Shown here piece after piece: positions 21,744 to 34,657 of a stretch of 49,268 nucleotides of DNA. The position numbers were made by a program, and so were the translations under genes. The stretch is from Fonticula alba ATCC 38817 (lineage: Eukaryota; Protista; Nucleariida), in the NCBI GenBank assembly GCA_000388065.2, contig KB932205.1. One strand, 5' to 3'. Below the pieces are notes generated by a model that saw only the letters and a list, made by a program, of their open reading frames with translations, did not search any database and was not told the origin of the DNA. Every line of letters starts with the position of its first letter. Position 1 is the first letter of the stretch.

Positions 21744-24700
21744 TCACTGCGGAGAGAGCGAGAGCCTCATGGCAAGGTGCCAGTCCGCATGCTCCGGCAT
21801 CTGGGTCACCGGGATATTGCGCTGGCAGTCCGGGCATACCTGCCACAGGGACTGCGCCGGCCGGGGGGAGGGGCTAGCGGCTGCCGGCGGGAACTCCCCC
21901 GGGTTTCGGGGAGGCGGCGTGCCAGGCGCCGAGGGCGGCGGTGGCGACACCGGCGGCGGAATGTCCGCGAGGCGGGCACGTTTGTTGGGCGACGCCGGGG
22001 GCGGGCCCCCGCCGGGGGTGGCATCCAGCGCTGGCGCCTGATCGGCCGCCAGCCGGGCGGCCCCTTGCTGGTCGTCGGCCGCCTTGAAGTAGCTGAGGAT
22101 CGAGCCCCGAGGCTTGAACACATGTGTCAGGTCCACCAAATGCGGCCGCGGCCGGTGAACGTCCTCATACGAGGCGAAGCGTGTGGATAGTGGGGCTGGC
22201 GTCAGGTCGACTGGCGCCGGTTTGGCGGGCCCCGGCAGGGCGGCAAAGAGTGAGGCCATCGATGAGGCCGGAGACGCCGAGGGCGATGCCCTGCTGCCGC
22301 TGCCGCTGCCGCTGCCGCCGAGGCGGAGGGCTCCTCGCCGGCCCGGGGAGGCCACCAGACTGCGCCTGGCCGGGGATCGGCTCCCGGGCGTCTCGGCCAG
22401 CGAGACCCCGGGGCGCCTGCTCCCCGCCTGGCGTGGTGTCGAGGCGCCCGGCGCCACCGGGGGAAGCGACGACGGCGGCGTCCCCGGCCCCGGGACCGAG
22501 TACAAGTCCAACGCCGAGGATGTGCCCTCGGCGCCGGGCCTGGTGTAGAATTGCTGGAGGGTTGTCTGCCCGGGAGCAGGCGCCACGGCCGCGGGGTGGG
22601 ATGATGGCGGGGAGTCGGCTGCCATGGCGGCCATGCTGCGAGGTGTTGCCGGGGCGGCATTGACATCCAGGAAGAAGCTGCTGTCCTCCGGCAGCTCGTC
22701 CACCGGCACGGCGCACAGGAGCACCGCCGGCGACTCGGACAAGGCCGTTAGCGGAGCGAAGTTGGTCACTCCAAGAGCCATGAAGGTGCAGGGGAAGAGC
22801 TTTTTGAACTGCCGAAGGGGGGGGGGATGGAGTTGCAGGGTGGTGGATCATCGGAGAGATAGATGGAGATAGACAGGCACAGGGAGGGCAAAGGAAGGGG
22901 AGGATGAGAGGGAGGGGGGAGGGAGAGGGGAAGGAGAGAAGAAGGAGAAGGAGAGAGGAGGGAGAGAGGTAGAAGGGAGAGAGGTAGAAGGGAGAGAGGT
23001 AGAAGGGAAAATAGATGTCAGTCATGCAGAGGGTGCGCGAGGCATACGCCAGGTCGGTCGAAAGAGACAGGGAAGAAAAGACCAGGGGGGTAGAGGGGCG
23101 GTTTGGTGGCGAACCTTGTGGAAGAGCTCCTGCGTTAGCCGCCGGACGATCGGCTCGATAATCAGGAAGAGCTCGCGGTTGAGCTGAACCGAGGTGAGCG
23201 ACAAATGCTCCTCCGGGAGCTTCTCCTCCCCAGCCGCCTTCTCGGCATCCGAGCTGTGCTTTGCACCCAGCAGCAGGCGCAGCATCGACATCGGCGCATG
23301 AGGGAAGGGGACCGACCGACGAAAAAGAGGCCCAACACCCTCAAGAGCAAAGGCCACCTGGAGACTCTGGTCAGAGGAGGGGGTCCCGCTTGTCGCGAAG
23401 AGGCGAGGACACCGACAAGCAGGCACACATGCAGACAGAGGGGCGGGAGACACGCACCGAAAAGGCCCGTGGCCAGCGGGTATGCTCGCGCAGCTCGACG
23501 CATATCCGCCGTGAAAGGTCACTTGACAACAGACGCTGCCATCGGTCCTGCACGATGGCATTCAGGATGGGCGGGCGCAAATGACGCGAGGCTGTCAGGG
23601 AGGAAAGCAGCCTCTTGGACCTGACTGCCAAGCAGAGGCAGCAGGGGCGGATGGTTAGACTGGGCATGCCCCAGGCGGATGGGGCCCGCCCGAGCCCGGT
23701 GGGCCATTTCATGGGTTTCCCTTTGGATGTGCCTTTTCCCTTCTCCTCCCCCCCCCCCTCTCTCTCTGTCACACACACACACACACACACACAGGCAGGC
23801 CCCATGGACGCAAGTACGCACCAACCTCTGTGCACCGGCCCCGAAGAAGAGCCCACAGCCAAGACACCCGGTCCTGGATGGCTGCCTCGCCCATGCCCGG
23901 GCCACCGCCGGTGGATGCATTCCCCTTCCGGTCGACCTCATGACCACCAGGGCCCTCATCATCGGACTCCCCACCGCCATGCATCCGATCGTCGCTGGCA
24001 ACCAGAGCCGCCCGAAGATCCGCCCGACTGAGGGCCCACGCATCGGAGGCCACCCGCACGCCGAACAGCGCTTGCAGGGCCATGCCCAGCTTCCCGCCAA
24101 GCGCTCGGATGGACTTGAGCTCCGATCGCCGGAGGACATACTGCACTGCCGATTGCCCGGGGACATCGGGCCCCGGGGTTTCCGGATCCACCTCGCCGAG
24201 CTCTGCCAGGTGGCCATCTGCAGGCTGGGCGCCGCCACTGCCCGGGCTGGCCCGGACAACCGACTGGCCGTCCGGCTTCCGCCAAGAGGTGGCCAACTTG
24301 GCCAGCAGCTTGTTGTGCGCCACGCCGGTGGAGGCGGTCAGGCCGAGCTCCGAGCGGACGGCCGCGCGGATCTCCTGCCCAAGCAGGGCCGCCCGGTGGA
24401 GGAGCACGTCCTCCAGCGCCACCAGGGATGGACCTGCATCGGGGGCGGCGCCCGGGACGGCTTGAGGCAGGCCGATGCACTCGCCGACCAGTGTCCAGTC
24501 CACCGGGAGCCGAGCCCCGGAGTAGGGCGTCGATGATTGCATGGCCGCGATGAAGGGCGCGCGACCGAGCTGATCAATGGCCTCAACCAGGATCCGGTGC
24601 GTGACATCCAAGCACGCCTCGTCAATGCTGCACTTCTCTTTGCCGCCCGAAAGATCATCCATGTCAGACCAACCCAATGTGCTTGACCTGCCGACGCAGA

Positions 24701-25708
24701 GAGAAGGAGAGAGAGAGAGAGAGAGATAAAAATACACACACACACACACACGGGCATGGGCACGCAAAAGATGGGAGGGCCGACCCTTGTGCGCCACGTA
24801 CCAACAACGTCACCAAAGCGATTGAGCAGATTGATCAGCCGCCGGCCCTCGGCCCGGTAGTGCTCCAGGTGCACTCGGCACTGGTACCGGTTGGCGGAGA
24901 TCTCCTCCTCGGCTAGGCGCTCGAGAAGGGGCGCATCTGCCGGGGTATATGGCTGGGCGCGGCCGGCCGCCACATCGGCCGCATGCCGGCGCTGGGTGTC
25001 TCGAGATGGCCCGACCCCGGCCACCAGCGTGGCATACGGCGACCCCGGCGGGCCGGGCTCGGTCACCGGGTCCGACGGGAAGAAGGCCGTGTCGCAGTCG
25101 GTGCAGTCGGCCCGGCAGCGCCCGGCGGCATTGGCATCTGACGATTGGAAGGGGCTGGTGTTGCTGCGCCACAGGGGTGCATGGGGCAGGGCAATTCCCG
25201 GGCACAGGCGTTTGGCTTCCTGGGCCGTGGTACTGCGCGTGATGCCGAAGGCTCGTGCCGCGTAGTTCGATGCCAGCAGTCCGTGGTACTGGCGCACGGC
25301 TGGTTCCGGTGTCAGAGGTGGGCGGACACGCCCCGCCCGTCGTCTGCAGGGGGGGAGGCCGAGGAGGCAGGGACAAAAGGGGCCAGCTCCCGGATGAAGG
25401 GGAGAGGCAGGGGGGGAAAAAAAAAGAGACACGGAGGGGGAGAGCGACGGCCGCAGCAGAGGCCCACGCACCGAGCGGCACATCCGGCGAGAGGTTCAGT
25501 CGCTTGGCCTCAATTTGCTGCGAAGGGGGCACTTGGTGTGAGGGCGAGGCGCACGGCGCCGGGGCAGAGCTGAGGCAGCGCGGCGCAAACGTACGGCAAA
25601 GTAGCAGTCCATGTCCAGGTGTATGACCAGTCGAAAGCGGCTGAACCGAGGAGAGGCCAGGACCTGCCGTGCCCAGGCGGCATTGCCACCACGGTCAGCC
25701 CCCTCCCC

Positions 25709-25742
<34 letters not shown>

Positions 25743-25789
25743 CGGGAAGGTAGCGCCCCGCCGAGGGGGGGCGGCGTGTCGGGCATCAT
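21744..25789 (-). CDS. POLH: DNA polymerase eta (Y-family, Rad30), 1009 aa
   Basis: complement(join(21744..22808,23115..23357,23458..23624,23822..24637,24802..25299,25472..25517,25595..25789)) = 3030 nt. Catalytic VIHLDMDCYFAQIE, AVRQYHGLLASNYAAR, VVEKCSIDEACLDV (AAG acceptor), STGVAHNKLLAKLA, IRALGGKLG. C-terminal UBZ CPDCQRNIPVTQMPEHADWHLAMRL. Confidence 0.95.
22961..23005. repeat. 15-bp tandem repeat x3 (GGAGAGAGGTAGAAG) in the last POLH intron
   Basis: Three perfect copies. Confidence 0.92.
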
Positions 25790-27167
25790 CGAAGGAAGCG
25801 AAAGGGGAGCAACGAGGAGGGCATGTGGGAGGTGTGGCAAAGCTAGGAGGGGGAGGGGGGGGGGGAGGGGGCAGGGTGTCGGCACTGGGGTTCCACACAA
25901 GCCGAGACGCATGCTTGAATGACGGCCGGCGCATGCGACGCCCGGTGCGAGGGCCGCCGGCCGCCGGCCGCCGGCCGCCGGCGGGGATGGGATCGATCTT
26001 AGTCCGATCGCCCGAGCGGATGGCTCCCGGGGTCCCGGGGGCCGGGCCTCAGATCGCCGGGCGAGCGGGGGTGGGCGGGTGGGGGCAGTGGGCCCGGCCG
26101 GGCCAAGCCCCCGGGGGCAATGTGAGACGCCGATCCGCTGGCCCCTCCGGCAGCCAATTTCACACACAAGTGGCGCGCGCATTCGCGTTCGTCCGCCGCG
26201 GGCTGCCTGCCAACGGCCGGCCCCGGCGCCACTGCCGACGGAGGGGAAACGTGATACGGCAGCTCAGCCTGACCTGTTCTGAGCCGGCGCCGGAGTGCGG
26301 CATCCTAGGGGAATTGGCGTCTGCCCGCCAAATACGCCCCCCCCCCCCCGCCCCTTCCCCGCTGCCAGTGTGTGTGTGTGTGTGTATGTGTACAAGACAC
26401 GCATGTGCGGCGTGTGTTGTGTATCTCTGTGATGGGGCCGGGGCCTCAACACGCCCGACCCTGGAGGCGCAGCGTCAAAAAATGGCCCCCACCGCGGCTC
26501 GGACATGCCGGTGTGCGTCGCCGCTCCGCGCCCCCTCGCGCCCGGCCCATTCGGCAAATGAGCGCACATTTGGCGCGAGCCAGCTCCCTTTGGCCATCAC
26601 TTCCCCGCGCCGGCGGCCGGCTTTCATGCCTGCACAGCCAGATTGCCCCCCCCCCCCCCCCCCCTGCTCGCGTCCGAAGGTGACTAGCTGGGCGGGTGCC
26701 CTCCTTCGCGCCGCCTTGATCTCGGGCATTTTTCGCCGGCCCTACACTCGCCCCCGCCATTCGGACCCGGTATTCTTCTTCTTCTCCTCCTCCTCCCCCT
26801 CCCCCTCGCGCTGCCCCGGCTCCCCTCCACATACACCTCCCCGCCGCCATCCTTCTCGCGCTCGACCAGCTTTCGCTCCCTTCGAGTGTGTGAGAGAGAC
26901 CCCTCCCCCTGATCCCGGCGCCCAGCGGCCAGCCGCAGAGCAGGTAGCTCCTGCTTCCCCCCCCCTCCTNNNNNNNNNNNNNNNNNNNNNNNNNNNNNNN
27001 NNNNNNNNNNNNNNNNNNNNNNNNNNNNNNNNNNNNNNNNNNNNNNNNNNNNNNNNNNNNNNNNNNNNNNNNNNNNNNNNNNNNNNNNNNNNNCCCTATG
27101 CATCCTCCTCGTCCTTCAGACATCTGACTCTCCCTCTCGGTGCCCCGCCCGGCATTTTAGACACATC

Positions 27168-27422
27168 ATGGCCGCCATTCCCCCCTCCGGGCTGGAGGCC
27201 CCGATCTCCGGGGCAAGCTGGGTCAACAGCCAGCTGGCGCCGGTGGTCGGTGTCTTCAGCAGCCGCGACGCGGAGGCCCTTTGCCGGACCAACAACATGA
27301 GCGTCGTCGAGATGTTGCGGGCCTTCAGCCGCATTGGCAGAAAGCGTGCGTGCCCCTCCGGCTCCCCCGGCCCGGCTGCCGGGCCCTCCCCTGCCCGTGC
27401 CACCCAGCTCACAGACGCCTTC

Positions 27423-27496
<74 letters not shown>

Positions 27497-30400
27497 CCCC
27501 GATGCGACAGTCGAGGTCACCGACATGACCGGTCAGCGGCGGCCGATCGCCGAAATGCATGTGCGCTTCCTGTCCGGCTCGGAGCTCGAGGCCGCGGCCG
27601 CCACCTTTGGCCACGAGGTCTTCAACACGCCAAGCCGCCTGGCACAGCTATCCGCCTCGATGGCCCTGGCGTCCGGGACCGCCGCATCCGACCCGACGAC
27701 CGACCTGCAGCAGCAGTACCCGGGCCCCGGTCCGGATGCGAGCTGCCTGGACACGGGGGCCGGTGTCGGGCCCCCGAGCACCGGGACCGATGCTGATCGG
27801 CCGGCCCGAGCCGACTCGGTGTCCAAGTACATTCGCGGATCGAGCATCACCGATTGCGCCCCCTGGTTTGGGGCCTTCGCTGACCAATTTGCCGGCCGCG
27901 TCCCGCCAAATGAGTTCGACTATCTGTCCCACCCGGTGGTCTGTGCGTTCAGCCCCTCGGGCCGGGCTTGGTCCCCCCTCGCCTGCTGCTCCTGTGCCGG
28001 CCATCTGACGTCTCCCCCTCCCCCACGCGTGCACGCACACACGCGCACACGCACACACGCACAAACGCCTGATGCACGCAGACCTGTGTGTTCTTGCCTC
28101 GCACGAGCCCAATCCCCTGGAGAAGGCCCGGGCGATCTTCCGCTCGGCCAGCACCACCGGATCCAACATGTTCGACCTCACCAACATCAGGGCCTTCTAT
28201 GTGGTGCTGCATGACGCGTCGCGCGATGTCCTGCCGGCATCCACCCCCGGCCATGTGGCTGCCTCTTCGCCACAGCAGGGCCTGCTGGACTCGCTGCGCT
28301 CTTCGCTCGGGCAGAATGTCCGCGTGCTGACGCTCAATTCCCAAACCCCAGCACTGGACCCGCTGACCCGGCCGCTGGCCGACTGGCCGTGGTACCGGCT
28401 GACGCGGCGCCGGCCACCGGCTCTCGCGCCCGCAACTGCCCCCGGAGCCACTGGCAGCTCCAGCGCCGGCACGTCGGATCCGAGTGCCGGCGTCGCGCCC
28501 GGGCTGGCGGCCGATGATCCGCTCGGGGCCGGGCTGGCCCAGTTCCCGGCCCGGGCCTCGGCGCCGGGCTCGCCGCAGCACGACCCGCAATCCTATGCCG
28601 GGGCCCAGCTAGCTGATGGCGATGTCCAGGCCATGCGCCAGTTTGTCGAGGATTTCGTCGAGAGCGTCATCCTGCCGAAGATGGAGTCCAGCTGTCACCA
28701 GTGGAATGTGCAGGTGGCCAACCAGCGTCGTGGCTTTACCGGGCGCCTGTTTAGCGTCGGCCGGCGGTACTTCTCCAGCGGCCCGGGCGGCGGCGGCTCC
28801 AGCGGTGGCAGTGGCTCCACCGGGGGCGGGGCTTCGGCCGGCACGTCCGGCGTCCCCGGCACCGGGGCCCTGATCAACCATAGCAGCCCCGAGGCCTTGC
28901 TCCGGCGTTTGGCGGACTTTTCGCTGCAATTGCAGGATTTCAAGTTCGCCCAAGAAATCTACAGCATCCTCAAGCGGGAGTTCGGGCCCGGCCGGACCCC
29001 GGGCCATGCCGGCTCCCTGCACGAAGCCCTCGGCGTGTGTCTCTTCCATGAGGAGAAGTTTGACCAGGCGGCGGCGGCCTTCTCGACGGCCCTGGCGGCC
29101 TACATGACCCCGGACCGGGGGCGCCTGCCGGTGCTTGCCCTGCGCGCGGCCCTGGTGACCGTGGCCCTGTCCCGGGGGCGCCTCCGCTGGCGGGACATCC
29201 AGCAGGCCCTGCAGGCGGTGGCCGGAGATGCCATCGACCATGTGCAGCCGGGCCCGGCATCGCCCCTGGACGCCTTGACCGGGGCCCGACTGCCCGGGAA
29301 CATCCCCTCCCCCTTGCCCGGGCCGGACATCACGCCGGCCGACAGCCTGCGAGCCGGGCTGCTGCAGGAGCAGCTGGCCTTGACGCTGCTTTTCGGCCGG
29401 CCGGATGCGCGGGCTGCCCACTCCCGGCGCTATGCCCTGCACATGGCCCTGGCGGCGGAGCGCTTTGCTCGGGCCCAGCAAACCGGCCACGCGGTGCGGC
29501 TGGTGGCCGGGGTGTTGCGCCTGTCCGCGCTGGATGGCCCGAATGCCGGGGCCATTGGCGTGGCCTCGGCCGCCGGCTGGACTGGGGTCGAGGCTTGGGC
29601 CCGGCAGCGCCTGCAGGGGCTCCTGTCGCCGGAGCACGCGCCACTTGATCTGCTGCATCTGGCCGCAGTCGGCGCCTCGGCTGTCAGCCTGCTCCGCCAT
29701 GTTGCATCGTCGGGCACGCCGGTTGCCCCGCCTGCTGGGTCTACGCCGCCCGATCCCGGGCTGCTCTTTGCCCTGATTTCCGCCTGGAAGCATGCCACCA
29801 AGACCCTGGATGCTGCCGGGGGTCGCCCGGCCCTGCCGGGGCCCGCTGGCGGCGCTGTCCCCCCCGGGGCACCATCCATTGAGCGTCTCTTCCCGGCCGG
29901 GGAGCAGGCCCTGCCGCTCAGTCATCTGCTGCATTGGCGCCCGGGGCGCAAGGAAATCGGCGTCCTGGTGCACTTCCCGTTGGTCTGCCCGCGGGAGGGC
30001 ATCCACACGCTGGTCAGCCGGGCGACGGTCGGCGGCTTGGCCATGGCGGCCCTGCCCCCAGCGGCCGATGCCCAGGATGACATCCAGCAGCTCACCGGAA
30101 AGGAGGCCCAGCTGAAGGGGGAGCTCCGCCTGGCGACCGAGTTTGCCGGGCGCCTGCGCCAGGAGCTGGGCCTCGGTGGCACGCCCTCCTTCTATGATTG
30201 GGAGCGCCTGGCCGTGTCGGCGGGCATTGTGCCGGCGGCGACCGGCGGAGCTCTGCGGCAGCTGGGCGCGGCCGCAGCCTCGGGCCGAGTCCCGGCCAGT
30301 CGGGTGTCGATGGCCGACCGCACGCAGCTGGTGGCCGCGCTGACGGGCAGCCGGCCGATCCTGACCCGGCTGCCGACGGAGCAGCAGCAGCAGCAGCAGC

Positions 30401-33400
30401 AGCAACAGCAACCCCTCAAGAGCGAGGCGGGCCCGGGGGCATCGTCACCGGGCGATGGCTCGGCCAGCGAGCCGGCCGGCTGGTGGGCCGGCATCGAGCC
30501 GAATGCCTTGCGGTCGGTGGCCGCCTTTCCTGACCGGCTCCGGTCGCACGGCGGCCTGGCGGTGTCTTACGCTTCCGGCGATCCGGTCAGCATTGTCATT
30601 CGCATGGGCAATCCCCTGTTGGTGCCATTGCTGATGTACCATATGCAATTGGAGCTGGAGCTGGTGGCCCCGGGCCCGGAGCCCGGCAGCCTGACCACCT
30701 GCACCGTGATGTCGGCCACGCGGCATTCATTTGTCTGTGTGGAGGCGCAGCGTGAGCTGTCTCTGGCGTTCTTGCTGCCAGACGCGGCACTTGCCCAGCC
30801 TGGGGCCGTGTTGACGGCCACCGCACTGCACTTCCTGTTTGCCGGGGTGGTGCCCTGCGTCCGGCCCCTGGGCCGGGTCTATGGCTCGGCCGTGGATCTT
30901 GGCAGCGGGGCCACCTTGGCGTCGCGGGTGCACCAGCTCCCCTCCGGCCGAGTGGCGCGCTCCGGCAGTGTCCCCTCCTCGCCGGCCACCGGGCCCCTCT
31001 CTGCGGCCATCGGCGAGGCGCGCGCGCGTGTGCTCAGTGCCGTGGCTACTGGAGCGGCCGCGACCGGCGCCGCGATCGACACGCGTCAGGTGGAAGCGGC
31101 CGCGGCCGCGGCCTCGGCCATCGACGACTGTGTGCGTCTGGTGACCGGCCCGGCGCGCGGGCTGCTCCGGCTGGACTGGCGCGAGGATGGCCGCCATGAG
31201 GAGCCGGAGCCCGGTGCCGATGGGCCGCCGGTCACGGTGTCCCTCCTTTCGAGCCAGACAAAGCGCACGACCCTGACGCTGACCAACATCGGCACGGTGC
31301 CGGTGTGGGGCCCGGTCCGGGTGGCCGTCTCCCACAGCGGGTTCCTGGTGGTCGAGCCGCCGTCGGCTGGGCGCTGTGGGGCCGAGGCTTGCGGCGCCGA
31401 AGCCGGCATCGAGTGCTCCTCCTCCGATGACGACGACGAGGATGGCGAGGCCACTGGGCTGGTGGTGCGGGCCCCGGTGGCCGCCGATGCTGGAGCCTCG
31501 TCGGCCTGCCGGTTTGTGGTGGCCGACAACAACATCCGCGACCGATCGGTGATGGAGTTCCACCTGGCTCGGGAGGCGGCCCTGGCCCCGGGGGCCAGCA
31601 TGCCGGTGACGGTGTTCGTGCGGGGCGAGCGCTCCGGCCAGCACCGGCTCCGCGCCCTGGTGGCCCATCAGACATCCCCCGGGGGGGTGGCCTCGGCCGC
31701 CGGGCCGGCATCGGCCGATGGGCCCAGCTGGCTGGCCGCGCGCGCCGAGCTGCACATTGATGTGCAGCCTGTCAGCCAGGTGAGCACCACATTGCTACAT
31801 CCAGCCGGGGCCAACCGGCGGCCGATTGTCTGCCTGGAGGCCGAGCACCTGGCCCCGTCCGGCGGCCCGGGTGGCGGCGCCGGCGGACGCGCCGGGCAGC
31901 ACCTGGTCCTGGAGCAGATCTTCTGCCTGTCAACCGGGTGGTCTCTGCGCCCGATGGACCCGGCCAATGTGGCCGACCGTCGGGCCATCCGCGCGGCCGG
32001 CGGGGTCCTGCCTGCCGGCACTCCGGCCAGCGAGCCCGGCATGCGTCTGGCACCGGGGGAGGCGTTTGTGCGCTTCTTCGAGCTGGTCCCGGCGCCGGCG
32101 GTCGAGCAGTTGTCCCTGCCAGCCGGGCCGGGGGGCCAGCCGGTGCAAGTGACCCGGCCACTGTCGGCGCCCCCGGGCCCGGGGGGCACCTGGTCTGCCA
32201 CCTCCTTCGAATGGGACCAGGCCGTGGGGCTGTATGCCATGCTGCGGGCCGATCGAACGGGGGCCCAGGTGCCGGCCTTGCGGCCGGTGGCTCTGCGCGT
32301 GCAGGCGCTGCTGCCGGAGGCGGAGCCCGGGTGGTCGGCCCTTGACACCTCGCAGCTTGTGCGCTGCCGGTCGGTGGCCATGCACGCGCGCCTTACTTCC
32401 ACCTACAAGGCCTCCAGTGGGATCTTCAGCGCGGCGGCCTGGCAGACGGCCCAAAGTGCCGGCCGGGCCATGCCGACCCTCTCGGCGGCGGCCGTGTCGC
32501 CGTACGACTCGGTCCGCGGGACGTCCAGCTGGGCGCCACCCGGGTCCGGGGAGGCCTTCGCCGCCAGCGATGTGTGGGAGCGCCAGGAGGTGCCAGATGC
32601 CCAAGTCCCCTCGGCCGACTGGTGGCGCGTGGTCGGCGGCCGTGGGGGGGCTGCCCCAGGCCACGGTCCGGCCCCCGGGGCGGGCTCTTCGGGCTCGGAT
32701 GTTCCCCTGGCCGCGGCCTGCATGGCCGCTGCTCCTGCCACTGCCACCGGTGCGGTGGCCTCCTCCTCGACCGGGTCCTTGGCTTGCTCCTCCTCCTCTT
32801 CCTCCGGGCTTCGGCCAGGTGGCGGCCCTGGCGGGGTGTCGAATGCCGCGTACAGTGCCCGGTGTCCCTTCGGCCTCTTCGACAGCACCACGGTGGATCT
32901 GTGCGTCCGGTGGCGCCTGGAGCCGATGGGCGCCGCCGCGAATGCCGGGGCGGTGGCCCCGGCGCGCGGCATGCACATGGTGACCGCGGTGGCGGTGACA
33001 TCTCCCAGTGCTCGGGCGGCCGGATTCCAGGACCCGCCCCTGCTGCCGGCGACGTACCTGCTGCATAGCCCCCGGCCGCCGGGTCCGGTGCCCCAGTACT
33101 TCCCGCTGCCGGGGCGCGCGTGTGGCTGTGGCTGCGGCCGGGCCACTCGGAGCCGGCGTCTGGCCCGTCTGGACCTGGCCGGTGCCGGTACCGAGCATTC
33201 GGCCACCGTGGCCGTGGAGCAGCTCCGCCTGGATTTGACGCGGCTGGGTGCCCTGCCGGCGGAACTGCAGCAGCTGGCTCGCGGTGGAGGGTCGTCGCAC
33301 TTGTCGACCGGCAGCGCGTCGGCCCTGGCACTGGGCGCCGATGAGACGCTCCAGCAGGCGGTTCTCGGGAAGGCCCTCCTGGACTCGACGCGCCTGGAGC

Positions 33401-34125
33401 GCGAGGCCATGGCCCTGGAGCTGGGGCTGGTGGCGGCAACCACGCCGGCGGCCCCTGGGGCAGGCCGGGTCGGTGGCGAGGCGCTTCGGATCCCGGCCGG
33501 CGGGTCGGTCCTCCGGGCTGCGCTGACCCTTGCCCAAGGGCCGAGTGGGGGCGACCTGGCCAGCATGCGCGGCCCCACCTGCGCGGCCACCGGGCGCCAG
33601 CTGTGGCTGGTGCCCTGTACATTGAGCGTGCGCAATGTCTCGGCCCACCGGTGCTTCGATTACTGCATCGATGTGCGCAATCCGGACACCATGGCCGGGT
33701 CCTCCGGCGCCGGCGACCCGCTGGGCGCGGTTTTGTGCATCGGCCTGACCCGCACGGCCGGCAGCCTGACTCCTGGCCGGGAGCTCCGGCTGGCAGGGCA
33801 GCTGGTCATGGCGCTGCCCGGGCCGGCCGATGCCGGGGTCCGGCTGACTGCCGGGGCTCTGCGGCTCCCGCACTTCGATGTGTACTTCCGGCCGAATCTC
33901 CCCCATCGTCTTGAACCGCTGGTCCGTTTGGATGAGCTAGCCCCCCCGGCGCCGCACCAGTTCCTGGCAACCGCCAGCCCGGGCCAGCCGGCGGCTTTCA
34001 CATTCTCCATTGACCTGGCGGCGGTTCGCTTGCAGATCCTGGAGATGGCCTCGCCATCGGGTCCCTCGCCGGTGTCTCTCCCCGTGGAGTCCGCCACCAC
34101 GGCGGCTGCATCGTCCTCCGGCTGA
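27168..34125 (+). CDS. TRAPPC8: TRAPPC8/Trs85, TRAPPIII-specific subunit (2217 aa)
   Basis: join(27168..27345,27511..27942,28082..34125) = 6654 nt. The N-terminus (APVVGVFSSRDAEALCRTNNMSVVEMLRAFSRI) matches TRAPPC8. Further motifs PWF..F, EFDYLSHPV, and LADGDVQAMRQFVEDFVESVILPKME..W..QVANQRRG..GRLFS..RRYF, EALLRRLADFSLQLQDF..A..IY..L. Confidence 0.92.
27425..27495. repeat. Poly-C homopolymer (71 nt) in TRAPPC8 intron 1
   Basis: Uninterrupted C run ending 13 nt before the CAG acceptor (27508..27510). Confidence 0.95.
30382..30411 (+). repeat. Coding CAG/CAA repeat (Q10) in TRAPPC8
   Basis: TEQQQQQQQQQQPLK in the main frame. Confidence 0.9.
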
Positions 34126-34193
34126 CGGGGGTCTGGCCCGCGGAAAGGAGGACCGATCCAGCGGGGGAGGGGCGATCCCGCCGGGCGCGGGCC

Positions 34194-34226
<33 letters not shown>

Positions 34227-34657
34227 GCCTTTCTGCCCTCCTGGGTCCTTTGCCCGCTTTCTCGCTTCCTCCCCCCCCCTCCCCCTGTTTCCTTCTGGGC
34301 ATCCAACACATGCGCATGGATCGTGTGTGTGTGTGGGATGAGAAATACACACTCACAACTATGCGTTGGCAGTCCGGGCATCTCCCTGGCTGACATCCGC
34401 GTTCGGGGGCGGGGGAGAGACTGGCCGGCGAGCGCGTCCCCACGCCACAGTGTGAGGCCTGTGTGGTCGTGTGTGTGTGTGTGTATGTGTATCTCTCTAT
34501 GTGCACGCGCGCGCGCTTGCGGCCAGTCCGGGGAGGTTTGGGTCTCCGCGGCAAGGCAGGAGGGGCTCAAAACCACGCCACCAGCCCATCCTGCCTGCTG
34601 CTCCGCCCTTGTTCCTTTTCCTCGCAAGCAAGTCACTTCCATCCTCCTCTTTGCCAC

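Noticed and set aside
24638-24690. CAG acceptor at ~24688 giving GRSSTLGWSDMDDLSGGK before the Pol eta SIDE motif
   Set aside because: Wrong phase for the upstream donor. The AAG acceptor at 24638, with a CTGAC branch upstream, gives the canonical DVVEKCSIDE.
8792-26486. YY1-like AAAATGGC motifs in two divergent promoters (8792, 26477)
   Set aside because: Too few instances, and one also occurs in an intron (~11541); not distinguishable from chance without genome-wide statistics.
28609-33906. Long minus-strand ORFs (600 and 658 aa) opposite TRAPPC8
   Set aside because: Typical stop-poor antisense frames of a high-GC3 exon; no recognisable domains.
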